Shown: positions 35,853-46,449 of the stretch, in pieces
How positions within the stretch are numbered: the stretch's first letter is position 1
Layout of the letters: each line of letters opens with the position of its first letter
Origin: Paracoccaceae bacterium
Lineage (GTDB): Bacteria > Pseudomonadota > Alphaproteobacteria > Rhodobacterales > Rhodobacteraceae
Assembly: GCA_947449875.1 (NCBI GenBank)
Contig: CANFSY010000001.1
Coordinates: forward strand, 5,459-69,458
DNA length: 64,000 nt
Direction: 5' to 3'
The notes under the pieces: generated by a model
Seen by the model: the letters and a program-made list of their open reading frames with translations, nothing else
Database searches by the model: none
Told to the model about the DNA's origin: nothing
Made by a program: the position numbers and the translations under genes

Positions 35853-36836
35853 ATGCCGAAAATCACCTGCATTACGACAACCTATAATGAAGGCCCGCTG
35901 CTGTTAAACGCCGTCCATTCCGTCTTGAACCAAAGTTTTGGCGACTTTGAATATATTATCGTGGATGATGGATCGGCTGAGGAAACCCGTGCTATTCTCA
36001 ACAGCCTAACCGACCCGCGCCTGAAAATTATCCCCCAAGCCAACGCAGGATTATCAGCCGCGCGCAATGTGGGAATTGCTTTGGCCAAAGGCGATTACAT
36101 CTGCTTTCTAGACGCCGACGATCTGCGCCCCAATTGGTCTTTTGCCTCTATTGCCAAGGTCATAGATGCGACCAACCCTGATCTGGTGCTGTGCCCGGGG
36201 CTTATGGTTGATCTGCGCGATCACATCAAAGATTTCTACGATGCGCCGATTTTTGCGCAGATCGCGCAAAGATTGCCCCAAAGCGTTACCTGCGCAGATC
36301 ATGCCCAGCACCGACAGATATGCGCGCTTGCCCAGCACCTTGAACCGCAATCTGCCAACAAAGTCGTGCGGCGGGCTTTCTTGCAATCGGCAGACCTTCG
36401 CTTTCCCGCGCCGTACTTTTTTGAGGACATCTATTTCCACACCCTCGTCCTTGCCAAGGCTGACCGCATCGCTTTCTTGCAAACGCCCGCCTTCACCTAT
36501 TTTCGGCGCTATCTGAAACCGCAAATCACCGCGACCACGGGCGATTTGCGCTTTGATATCTTGGCCGTAGCAAAACTGACGCTAGACGCTTTTGCACGCT
36601 TGCCAGCGTTTGAGGATTTGGATTATCGCAGTGCGGTTTTAACCAGTTGCCTAAGGGTGATTGAGTGGTGTGAAATATCGCTCAATCATTCATCGCGTGC
36701 GGTTTTTCGAAATAGTGCCGATGCTATGCTATCCCAAAGCCCCGCTGGGTTTAGGGATGTTCGGCCAGACGATCTAACCAACCCCGCCTTTGCTTTGCCC
36801 CTAAAGCGGTATCTCGACACCGCAGGTCGGGTGTAA
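35853..36836 (+). CDS. GT2-family glycosyltransferase
   Basis: 'TTYNE', 'IIVDDGS', 'NAGLSAARNVG', 'FLDADD', 'FED'. Confidence 0.92.
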   Translation: MPKITCITTTYNEGPLLLNAVHSVLNQSFGDFEYIIVDDGSAEETRAILNSLTDPRLKIIPQANAGLSAARNVGIALAKGDYICFLDADDLRPNWSFASIAKVIDATNPDLVLCPGLMVDLRDHIKDFYDAPIFAQIAQRLPQSVTCADHAQHRQICALAQHLEPQSANKVVRRAFLQSADLRFPAPYFFEDIYFHTLVLAKADRIAFLQTPAFTYFRRYLKPQITATTGDLRFDILAVAKLTLDAFARLPAFEDLDYRSAVLTSCLRVIEWCEISLNHSSRAVFRNSADAMLSQSPAGFRDVRPDDLTNPAFALPLKRYLDTAGRV

Positions 36837-36839
36837 AAA

Positions 36840-38672
36840 ATGCCAATTGACCACCACAGCGCAGCGCCCATCCCGTTTGACCTTGCCTTGCAAACCCCTG
36901 ATGATCACATCATGCTACGCGCTTTTGGCGAAAGCATTGCTTTGCTTGCGCCAAAGAACGAATTTTTGCGCAACGATTCCCTTTGGCGTTTGCAAAATAT
37001 CTATCATCCGGCTTTAGCCACCCAAACTTTGGCACAATGTGGCGTGGCCTTGGATATCGGGGCGGGGTTTGGGGCCTTTGCGGTGCCCTTTGCTTTGGCC
37101 TATCCCGATTGGCGGGTTTTTTGCTTTGAACCGGATCCGCTGGCCTTCGCCTATTTGCAAAAAAACATCCAAGATTTGTCTTTGACCCAAGTGACCGCTT
37201 TGCCCTTTGCGATTGGCTGCCAAAAAGAAGATGCCCCGCAAGATGCAAACGCCGTGCGCGTGGCTTTGGGCCGCGTGATGGCAGGCGATGAGACCGCGAT
37301 AGATAGGCTTGGCGCAGTGTTGCCAATTGCTTTGTATAGTAAGTCTAAGATAAATATGGGATATTTAGAACGCGGGCACAATCGCGCTGAGGAGTTTGAT
37401 CCAGTGCACCTACCCACCCTTGCGGCCGTTATGCTGGATTGCCTTTCCCCCCGCTTGCTGAAAATCACCGCGCCCATGGCGGAAAGTGGTATTCTTTCCG
37501 ACCTGTCAGATGCGCAAATTGACCATGTGATCGGCGAAACGTGGAGCCATGTACCTTCTGCGCTGATCCATAAGCCCGCTAAGGGTCAACGCCAAACATG
37601 GCTGCGGCGCGCGGGTACCGATCAATTGGCTTTGCGCAAAGCCGCTTATCTGGGGGGCCGGACTTCGACATTGGATATCATCTTTGCGCCCTGTGCGGTG
37701 CTGGATGATGATCTGGCCTCTCTCGATGCGCTTTTATCGGATCCGTCAGATGATTTTAAAGTGCTGGCAGTTCTTGATCCTGACTATTTGGCTGCGGATG
37801 ATCTATTGGCCCTGTTTGGCAACGATTCACGCCTGTGTGTTTTACAAACCCCAAGTGGCGGATCAGCCCCTGCGTGGAATGTCGGGCGAAAGCAGTCGAC
37901 AGCGACCCATATCGCCTTTGTTGAAGGGGGAAGTCTTGCCGAAATCGGATTTTTTTCGCACCTTTTGGATCTTGCCCGTTACACAGGGGCCGAAGTGGTG
38001 CAAGGGCCGCATTACACTTTTGATGCAGAAGGGCCGGATCAGGTGGCAAATGGCTTGGGGAATATGCTTTTAAGGGACGATGCCGCCGTGGGTGCGCGTT
38101 ACCCATTTTCTGACAGGCACTATCATCTGTGCGCCACCCATGCTTTGATGGCGCAAGATGCCGCCATTTCGCGGCGGGTGTATCGGCGTGATTATCTCGA
38201 CAGCCGCGATATCTGGTTTCCCGATACTGGAAACCACGCCGATAAACTCATCTTTCAGACGCTCAGCCTGCACCAGCTTCCCCATGTCGCTGAGCTGGAC
38301 GGCGCAAGTTTCGCCCAAAGAGCGCAGGGTTTGCCGCCACAAGATCGCGCCAACTCAATTCTAGAGTCGTTCAGAGTTTTGATAAAACGCGCGGTCAGGG
38401 ACGGTTGGAATGACTTTGAGTGGATTTTGCAATCCTTTGCAGCTCAAATCAATTCGATCACCCCCGAACTTGATCCACAGGCGCGCACCCGCTTTCTCCG
38501 GTCAATGGCGCAGCTTTGGGCGCAGGCCGGTCAGGTTTTGAATGTGGCGGCCTTTGATCTCTCTCTCTTGAATTTAATCCGCTCTGCGGAATTTCTTCAA
38601 CACGCCTTGCTTGCCCAAGATCAGATCAAAGACAGCGATATTTTGGCCGATTTTGACGCACCATTGGCGTAA
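36840..38672 (+). CDS. FkbM-type SAM methyltransferase fused to a degenerate GT2-like domain
   Basis: 'LDIGAGFGAF...FCFEPDP' at the N-terminus. Later 'GGSAPAWNVGRKQSTATHIAFVEG', 'RRVYRRDYL', 'NDFEW'. Confidence 0.7.
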   Translation: MPIDHHSAAPIPFDLALQTPDDHIMLRAFGESIALLAPKNEFLRNDSLWRLQNIYHPALATQTLAQCGVALDIGAGFGAFAVPFALAYPDWRVFCFEPDPLAFAYLQKNIQDLSLTQVTALPFAIGCQKEDAPQDANAVRVALGRVMAGDETAIDRLGAVLPIALYSKSKINMGYLERGHNRAEEFDPVHLPTLAAVMLDCLSPRLLKITAPMAESGILSDLSDAQIDHVIGETWSHVPSALIHKPAKGQRQTWLRRAGTDQLALRKAAYLGGRTSTLDIIFAPCAVLDDDLASLDALLSDPSDDFKVLAVLDPDYLAADDLLALFGNDSRLCVLQTPSGGSAPAWNVGRKQSTATHIAFVEGGSLAEIGFFSHLLDLARYTGAEVVQGPHYTFDAEGPDQVANGLGNMLLRDDAAVGARYPFSDRHYHLCATHALMAQDAAISRRVYRRDYLDSRDIWFPDTGNHADKLIFQTLSLHQLPHVAELDGASFAQRAQGLPPQDRANSILESFRVLIKRAVRDGWNDFEWILQSFAAQINSITPELDPQARTRFLRSMAQLWAQAGQVLNVAAFDLSLLNLIRSAEFLQHALLAQDQIKDSDILADFDAPLA

Positions 38673-38691
38673 GCCCTCGTCTGACACGATT

Positions 38692-40635
38692 TCAAGCCGC
38701 CCGTTTCGGCGGTTCCAATCCCAAAGCCTGTGTGCGCGCGGCCGACCAGGTGGTGACCAAATGGTCTACCATCAGCCCCATAAAGGCCACTGCCAGCCCT
38801 AAAACCAGCCCTTTGCCGACATCGGTGGTCGACAAGGCGCGTTGCATTTCTTGGCCCAAATCCTGCGTGCCGATAAACGCCGCGATGATCACCATGAACA
38901 GCGAGAACATCACCGACTGGTTCACCCCCACCAGAATCGTCGGCAGCGCCATGGGAAGTTGCACTTTCCACAGCAATTGGCTGCGATCGGCCCCCGACAT
39001 CGACGCCGCCTCGATCAGTTCGGGGGCGACACCGCGCAGCCCCTCGATCGTGTAGCGCACCAAGGGCACCGCGGCAAACAGGATCACCGCCCCCACCACG
39101 GCCACATCGTTGACGCCAAACAGCATGATGACGGGGATCAGATAGATAAAGCTGGGAAAGGTTTGTAGCGTGTCGCAGACCAACAGCACCCGTGCGGCGC
39201 GGCCTTGCGCGCGCGCGCCCCAAATGCCCAAAGGAAAGCCCATCAGCGCGGCCAGCACCACAGACACGATCACGGTATAGACCGTAATCATCGCCCTGTC
39301 CCACCAGCCGGTCATGGCGATCATGCCGAAAAAGCCAAGGCAAACCAGCGCCGATCTGGCCCCGCCGGCCGCATAGCCCAAGGCCATCACCAGTGCCAAG
39401 ACCGTGGTAAAGGGCAGCCACAACAGCCCGTCGCGAAACGGAATAAGCACCCATGTGATCAAAAACCACCGCAGCGCTTGCGAGACGGGGTCGATCAGGC
39501 GGATCAGGATATCCACGGCCGCATCTATCGGCTTGGCCACGGAAAAGGCGTCAGACCGTTCGATTTGGCTGAACCACGGGCTAAGGTGGGCCAAGGCAAA
39601 GGCCACGCCCATCAAAATCGCCCAAATTACCAACACGCGGTGGCGTTGGTGCCACGGCGTGCCTTTTGCGAAGTGTTTCGGCGCCATTTCGGCCCATGCG
39701 CGCGAGATGCGGTCAAGCGTGACCGCAATCAGCACGATGGTCACGCCAATCTCGAAGGACAGGCCGATTTTCAGCGATTGCATCAGTTGAAGCAGCTTTT
39801 GGCCCAAGCCCGGCATGCCGATAAAACTGGTCAGCACCACCATGGCCAGACATTGCATGATCACCTGATTAACCCCCACCAGCACATCGTTGCGCGCTGT
39901 GGGCAGGCGCACGCGGGTCAGCATTTGCCAGCGGTTGGCCCCTGACATCAGCCCGCTTTCCACCACGTTTTCGGGCACTTTTTTCAAACCCAGCACCGTC
40001 ATGCGGATCATGGGGGGCAGGGCAAAGACGATGGTGGTGATGGCCCCTGCCTTGGGGCCAACGCCGACAAAAACCACAACCGGAATCATATAGGCAAATT
40101 GCGGCAGGGATTGGGCGATGTTCAAGAACGGATTCAGGACCCGCTCGAACAGGGCAAAGCGCCAGGCCACAATGCCAAGGCCAAGCCCTGTTACAAAGGT
40201 CACGGGGGCGGCGATCAAGATCACCGACAGGGTTTGCATCGCCCATTCCCACTGGCCCATCAGCGCAATCCAGACAAAGGTGCCCGCCGCAAACAAGGCC
40301 AAGCGCCAGCCTGCCACGCGGTAGGCCAAAGCGCCGGCGGTGATGGCAAAGGTCGTCCAAGGAAGCGGTCCCAGATTGGGCCAGCGTGCCTTGCCGTAAA
40401 ACAGGTTGCCCGTCACATCCAGCAGGGCGGCGATGCCTGCCGCTGCAAAGCGGGTTACGGCCATCAGGCCCAGATCATTCTGGCAAAAAGCAAAGGCCGC
40501 GTTCAGCCAATCGGCAAAGGGCCAGACCAGCCATTCCGGCGGGCGCATCAGGCCGGCGGGCAAGGCGTTGCGGGTCAGGGCCAAGATCAAGGCCAAAGCC
40601 AAAAGGGCCAAAGCGCCCGTGCGATGCGATGTCAT
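38692..40635 (-). CDS. tmoV: Fused double ProW-type ABC permease (TmoV-like)
   Basis: 647 aa with two EAA-type permease repeats ('QSLPQFAYMIP...VGVNQ' and 'QTFPSFIYLIP...VGVNQ'). Confidence 0.72.
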   Translation of the reverse strand: MTSHRTGALALLALALILALTRNALPAGLMRPPEWLVWPFADWLNAAFAFCQNDLGLMAVTRFAAAGIAALLDVTGNLFYGKARWPNLGPLPWTTFAITAGALAYRVAGWRLALFAAGTFVWIALMGQWEWAMQTLSVILIAAPVTFVTGLGLGIVAWRFALFERVLNPFLNIAQSLPQFAYMIPVVVFVGVGPKAGAITTIVFALPPMIRMTVLGLKKVPENVVESGLMSGANRWQMLTRVRLPTARNDVLVGVNQVIMQCLAMVVLTSFIGMPGLGQKLLQLMQSLKIGLSFEIGVTIVLIAVTLDRISRAWAEMAPKHFAKGTPWHQRHRVLVIWAILMGVAFALAHLSPWFSQIERSDAFSVAKPIDAAVDILIRLIDPVSQALRWFLITWVLIPFRDGLLWLPFTTVLALVMALGYAAGGARSALVCLGFFGMIAMTGWWDRAMITVYTVIVSVVLAALMGFPLGIWGARAQGRAARVLLVCDTLQTFPSFIYLIPVIMLFGVNDVAVVGAVILFAAVPLVRYTIEGLRGVAPELIEAASMSGADRSQLLWKVQLPMALPTILVGVNQSVMFSLFMVIIAAFIGTQDLGQEMQRALSTTDVGKGLVLGLAVAFMGLMVDHLVTTWSAARTQALGLEPPKRAA

Positions 40636-41654
40636 TGGGCGGCCCCAAACAAAATGTCCAAGGCGGCGGCGCGGTTCAGCGTGCCCATAACCCGGCCATC
40701 TGGCCCCGCCACAGGGATCAGGTCACGGCTGTCTTGCGCAATCTGGCGGGCCAAGGTGTGCAGCGTGGCGCTGGCCGACAAAGCCTGCCCCTCGGCGGTG
40801 CCGGCTTGGGCCAAGGTGCCCGCACGAATGACGCGCGACTTTTCGATCTCTTCGGTGAACTTGGCCACATAGGGTGTGGCGGGGTTCAGCACGATCTGGT
40901 CGGGCGTGTCGCACTGCTCGATTGCGCCGTCTTTCATAATGGCGATGCGGTCGGCCAGACGCAAAGCCTCGTCAAAGTCGTGGGTGATGAACACCGAGGT
41001 TTTGCCCAAAATCTGCTTCAAGCGCAGAAATTCATCCTGCATCTCGCGCCGGATCAACGGGTCAAGGGCGGAAAAGGGTTCATCCAGAAACCAGATATCC
41101 GGCTCGATCGCCAGACTGCGCGCGATGCCCACGCGTTGTTGCTGGCCTCCCGAAAGCTCGCGCGGGAAGTAGTCTTCGCGGCCCTTCAAGCCGACCAGTT
41201 CAATCACCTCTAGCGCGCGGGCGCGGCGGTCGTGGCGATCTTGGCCGCGCATTTCCAGCGGAAAGGCGACATTGTCCAGCACAGAGCGGTGTGGCAGCAG
41301 GCCAAAGCTTTGAAACACCATGCCCATTTTGCGCCGCCGCAGGTCGATCAACGCGCGGGCGTCCATCTTCGCGATGTCGTCGCCGTCGATCAGGATCGTG
41401 CCAGCGGTGCTGTCGATCAACCGCGACAGGCAGCGCACCAGCGTGGATTTGCCCGACCCGGACAAGCCCATCACCACCAGCATTTCGCCTTTCGCAATAT
41501 CCAGCGACACATCGCGCACGGCCGAAATATACCCATCACCGCGCATTTGTTCAAAACTTGTCCCCGCTGTCAGCGCGGCGAAATAGGCCTGCGGCTTGGG
41601 TCCATACAGTTTCCAGACATTGCGGCAAGAAATTACGGGTTGGGCATTCGGCAC
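40632..41654 (-). CDS. tmoW: ProV-type ABC ATPase (TmoW-like)
   Basis: GLSGSGKS, 'VFQSFGLLPH', LSGGQQQRV, 'DEPFSALDPLIRREMQDE'. GGAG RBS and GTG at 41654. Confidence 0.75.
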   Translation of the reverse strand: MPNAQPVISCRNVWKLYGPKPQAYFAALTAGTSFEQMRGDGYISAVRDVSLDIAKGEMLVVMGLSGSGKSTLVRCLSRLIDSTAGTILIDGDDIAKMDARALIDLRRRKMGMVFQSFGLLPHRSVLDNVAFPLEMRGQDRHDRRARALEVIELVGLKGREDYFPRELSGGQQQRVGIARSLAIEPDIWFLDEPFSALDPLIRREMQDEFLRLKQILGKTSVFITHDFDEALRLADRIAIMKDGAIEQCDTPDQIVLNPATPYVAKFTEEIEKSRVIRAGTLAQAGTAEGQALSASATLHTLARQIAQDSRDLIPVAGPDGRVMGTLNRAAALDILFGAAQ

Positions 41655-41674
41655 GGCAAGGCTCCACATAAGGG

Positions 41675-41703
41675 GATCTCGCCCGAAGGATTCGGGCGAG
41701 ATC
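41675..41703. terminator. Stem-loop between binding-protein and ATPase genes
   Basis: GATCTCGCCCGAA-gga-TTCGGGCGAGATC, a perfect 13-bp stem. Confidence 0.6.
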
Positions 41704-41721
41704 AGGATCGTTACGACAGGA

Positions 41722-42699
<978 letters not shown>

Positions 42700-42797
42700 C
42701 TAGCCCGGCGGATTTTGCGAAAACGGTTGTTTTCTGACCAAAGACTAGCAAGCGGATGTGAACGGGTAAGACCAAGCTTGCAAATGGACTGGATTTG

Positions 42798-42817
42798 TTT
42801 GTGAAAATTTGTTAAAA
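42798..42817. promoter_or_regulatory. Tandem decamer direct repeat, candidate TorR box
   Basis: TTTGTGAAAA TTTGTTAAAA in the divergent tmoX/torR intergenic region. Confidence 0.45.
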
Positions 42818-42824
42818 GACAGGA

Positions 42825-43544
42825 ATGGTTTTGCCCGCGCGCCCCACCAAACCGCCTCACATTCTGATCATCGAAGATGATCCGGTCACGCGCGCGACCT
42901 TGGGCAGCTATCTTGACAGCCACGGCTACCGCGTGTCTGAAGCCGACAGTTCCGAAAAGGCCGAGCGGATCTTGGCCGATACTGGCGCTGATCTGTTGAT
43001 TGTCGACATCAACCTATCTGGCAAAGACGGGCTTGAAATCACCCGCGAACAGCGCGCCTTGTCAGAAATCGGCATCATCCTTGTGTCGGGCCGCACCGAT
43101 GATGTGGACAGGATCGTGGGGCTGGAACTGGGGGCGGATGATTACGTCTGCAAGCCCTTCAACCGGCGCGAGTTGCTGGCGCGCATTAAGAACCTGCTGC
43201 GCCGCACGGCATCCATGCGCCGCTTGGGGCGCAGGGTGTACCAGTTTGACGGTTTCACCTTTGACTCGACCGCCCGTCAGTTGCGCGACCCCACGGGCCA
43301 AGCCATCGCCCTGACGCGGGCCGAGTTTGAATTGCTGCGCCAGTTGGTCGCCCACCCGGGCGAGGTGTTGAACCGTGACAGGCTGAGCCAAGGCGTCACC
43401 CACCGCGGCGAAGATGGGGCAGGGCGCACCATTGATGTGCTGATCCGCCGCCTGCGCGCCAAGTTGGGCGAGGATCCCAAAGCCCCGCGCATCATCAGCA
43501 CCTCGCATGGCGAGGGCTATGTTTTTACAGCACTGATAGACTGA
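42825..43544 (+). CDS. torR: OmpR-family response regulator, TorR-like
   Basis: 'ILIIEDDPVTR', 'DINLSGKDGL', 'DRIVGLELGADDY', winged helix ending 'HGEGY'. Confidence 0.82.
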   Translation: MVLPARPTKPPHILIIEDDPVTRATLGSYLDSHGYRVSEADSSEKAERILADTGADLLIVDINLSGKDGLEITREQRALSEIGIILVSGRTDDVDRIVGLELGADDYVCKPFNRRELLARIKNLLRRTASMRRLGRRVYQFDGFTFDSTARQLRDPTGQAIALTRAEFELLRQLVAHPGEVLNRDRLSQGVTHRGEDGAGRTIDVLIRRLRAKLGEDPKAPRIISTSHGEGYVFTALID

Positions 43545-46374
43545 CCAAGTCGTCCAATCCGGCCAAAATCAGCGCCCGCGCTTGACAGGCATGGGCTGTC
43601 AGAGTGTCAATCGCGCCTATATGGCCAGCGGCGGCCAAATCTTCGACCCGCTGCAATTCGCCCACCAGGTCGCCCAGTGCAAAGTTGCCCGCAGCGCCCT
43701 TTAAGCTGTGGGCCGCTTTGTAAACCTTTTGCGCATCGCCTTGTGCGGCCGCGCTTTCAAGGGCTGTCATCTGCGCGGTCATGGTGGTCAGGAACAGGCG
43801 CGCAAGGTCGCCGGCCTTGGCGGCACCCAGATCGCGGACCAGATCCTCTAAGGCGGCGGCGCGCGGTGCAGGGTCGGTGCGCCCCAAGGCACAGCGTGCC
43901 AAGGCTTGGGCCAAGCGTTCGGGGGCGACGGGTTTGGCCACAAAATCATCCATCCCTGCCGCCAGTTGCGCTGCGATGTCTTGGGTCAGCACATGGGCCG
44001 AAATGCCGATGATGGGCAGGCGGGCGATTTTGGGGTCGGGATGCGCGCGCAGGGTCTTTGTCGCCTCCCATCCTGTCATACCGGGCAGGTTCACATCCAT
44101 CAACACCGCGTCAAAGCTTTGCCCGTCGACCAAGGCCAGCGCCGCCTCGGCAGAGCTGACATGCACCGCGATGTGGCCCAATTGTTCCAGATAGCTTTGG
44201 GTCACCATCTGGTTGATCGCATTGTCCTCGACCACCAAGACGCGCAAGGCGGGGCTGCGGGCAAGCTCGCCCGCCTTTGGGGCCAAAAGGGCAGGGTCGG
44301 CCAAGGCCAAAGGCACGCTTAGCGTAAAGGCCGTGTGCCCGGGCGTACTTTCCACCGCAATCGCGCCGCGCATCAAATGCGCAAACTTGGCCGAGATCGC
44401 CAGCCCCAACCCCGTGCCGCCATATCGCCGGCCAATCTGCGCGTCTTCCTGCTCAAACGCCTCGAAAATCCGCGCTTGGGCTTGGGGGTGAATGCCGCGG
44501 CCTGTGTCGGTGACGCGAAAGGCAAACTGGCCGTCGCCGGTTTGGCGCACCCGCAAGCTGACCTCGCCCTGATCGGTGAATTTCACCGCATTTGACAGCA
44601 GGTTGAACAGGATCTGGCGCAGTTTGGCCATATCGCCCAACAGGGCAGGCGGCAAATCCCCCGTGTCCAGCGTCAGCTTTAACCCCTTTTCCGCCGCACT
44701 CGCCCGCATCAGCACCGCCACCGTGCCCACCAATTGTGTCGGGTCAAACACCACCGGGCTTTCGCGCATGCCGCCGATGTCGATTTTGGAATAATCGAGC
44801 AGGTCGTTCAAAATCGTCATCAACCCCTCGCCAGACGTTTGCGCGGCTTTGAGATACTCTTGCTGGCGCTGGGTCAACCGGTCGCGCGACAGGCTGCGGA
44901 TCATGCCCAAAACGCCGTTCATCGGCGTGCGGATTTCGTGGCTCATCATCGCTAGGAATTCCGATTTGGCGCGGTCGGCCGCCTCGGCCTTGGAGCGGGC
45001 CAGATCGTGGGCGGTCACTTCGGCGCGCAGCGTTTCGGTCTGATCCGCCACCAAACGCTGCAATTCGCTGCGGTGCATGCGCAATTCGTCCAGCGTGCGC
45101 GACTTTTCCTCCTCAAGCGCGATTTTGGCGATGGCTTGGGCGCGAAACACCTCGAAGGCGCGTTCCATGCGGGTGATCTCGTCGCGGCCGGTGGGGGCGG
45201 CCTGAATGTCCAGCTTGCCATCGGCCAGACTGCCCATCCAGCCTGAAAGCCGGTCAATACGGCGAATGATATTGCCCTGAATATAAAACCACAAAACCGC
45301 AAGCGATATGGCCAGAACCACCACAGCCGCCCAGCCATAGGCCAGTTGCGTGGTGCGGATTTCGTCCATCGCCTGCGCCCCTGCTGCACTGGCGCGGTCT
45401 TGTGCCACATTGGCCAAACTGGCCGCCTGATCATCCAAGGCCTTGGCCGAACGTTGAAGCGAGCCTTGCAACTGCGCGATCCTGTCTGTGATGGCCAAGA
45501 TTTGCCCCGCTGTGGCGAAGATTTTGGTCGTGCCGTCGGGCGCATCATCTTGCCGCATCACGGCCACCAGGCCTTGGGCCTGACGGGCGCGTTGGGGATC
45601 GCGAATCTCGCGCACGCGGCGCGAGACGATCTGCATCCGGTTGTCCAACTGCACTTTCAGATCGGCCAGTTCTTGCGGCGTGGTCAAGCCGCCAACGCGG
45701 TTCAACAACAACCCCGCCTCTGCCGTGCGCGAGCGCAGTTCCGTCATCAGCCCCAGTTCGAACAGATCAACCTCGATCAACTTGTCCAACGCATCAAGAC
45801 GTGCGGTGGGATGGTCGGGGGTGTCATTCATCTCGTACAGATCCGAGATGGTGGCAGAGGTGGCCATTTCGGCATTGGCAACCAGCGTGTCGGCCACCCC
45901 GATCAAATCATTGGCGGCAGACAGGGCCAGTTTCAGGTCATGCGCTTCGGTCAGCGCCAAGGCGATGCGCTGGCGCACAAGCGCGTCCAACACGCCGATG
46001 TCTTGCCGGATTTGCGCCACCGTGCGCCCAAGACCGGCGGTGTCTTGGATGTTTTGGCTGGCAAACCCGCTCAGACGTTTGGTCAGGGCATCGACCTGCA
46101 GGGTCAAAAAGGCGGTGTGTTTGACACGCTCGGCTTCGGTGGTGACGGTGGCAAGTTCGGGGGCCACGGCCACGATGCGTGCAGTTTCTTCGGCATAACC
46201 GCGCACTTGGGCGATGGCGGGGATGGTTTCGTTGATCACATGGTCCAGATTGCGCGACACTTCCCCCAGTTTGGCCCAGCCAAACAGGCCCGTGATCGCA
46301 GGCAGGCCGGCAATAATCAAAAACGCCAAAAGCAGTTTGCCGCCAAGGCTGGTAAAGGGGTTGATGGCTGTCAC
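43525..46374 (-). CDS. torS: Hybrid sensor kinase (periplasmic-HAMP-HisKA-HATPase-REC-Hpt), TorS-like
   Basis: 'SLGGKLLLAF', 'SHEIRTPMNG', 'NLLSNAVKFT', 'GGTGLGL', 'LMDVNLP', 'AHSLKGAA'. GTG at 46374. Confidence 0.82.
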   Translation of the reverse strand: MTAINPFTSLGGKLLLAFLIIAGLPAITGLFGWAKLGEVSRNLDHVINETIPAIAQVRGYAEETARIVAVAPELATVTTEAERVKHTAFLTLQVDALTKRLSGFASQNIQDTAGLGRTVAQIRQDIGVLDALVRQRIALALTEAHDLKLALSAANDLIGVADTLVANAEMATSATISDLYEMNDTPDHPTARLDALDKLIEVDLFELGLMTELRSRTAEAGLLLNRVGGLTTPQELADLKVQLDNRMQIVSRRVREIRDPQRARQAQGLVAVMRQDDAPDGTTKIFATAGQILAITDRIAQLQGSLQRSAKALDDQAASLANVAQDRASAAGAQAMDEIRTTQLAYGWAAVVVLAISLAVLWFYIQGNIIRRIDRLSGWMGSLADGKLDIQAAPTGRDEITRMERAFEVFRAQAIAKIALEEEKSRTLDELRMHRSELQRLVADQTETLRAEVTAHDLARSKAEAADRAKSEFLAMMSHEIRTPMNGVLGMIRSLSRDRLTQRQQEYLKAAQTSGEGLMTILNDLLDYSKIDIGGMRESPVVFDPTQLVGTVAVLMRASAAEKGLKLTLDTGDLPPALLGDMAKLRQILFNLLSNAVKFTDQGEVSLRVRQTGDGQFAFRVTDTGRGIHPQAQARIFEAFEQEDAQIGRRYGGTGLGLAISAKFAHLMRGAIAVESTPGHTAFTLSVPLALADPALLAPKAGELARSPALRVLVVEDNAINQMVTQSYLEQLGHIAVHVSSAEAALALVDGQSFDAVLMDVNLPGMTGWEATKTLRAHPDPKIARLPIIGISAHVLTQDIAAQLAAGMDDFVAKPVAPERLAQALARCALGRTDPAPRAAALEDLVRDLGAAKAGDLARLFLTTMTAQMTALESAAAQGDAQKVYKAAHSLKGAAGNFALGDLVGELQRVEDLAAAGHIGAIDTLTAHACQARALILAGLDDLVSLSVL

Positions 46375-46449
46375 CGTGCGACCTCTTGCTTGACCTTTGG
46401 CCCTTAAGCGCACAGCCTATACGCTAAGGTGGGTGAGGGAAGAAAAATT

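Noticed and set aside
38621-39469. 282-aa minus-strand ORF
   Set aside because: Alternative frame inside the permease gene, Arg/Gly-rich and motif-free.
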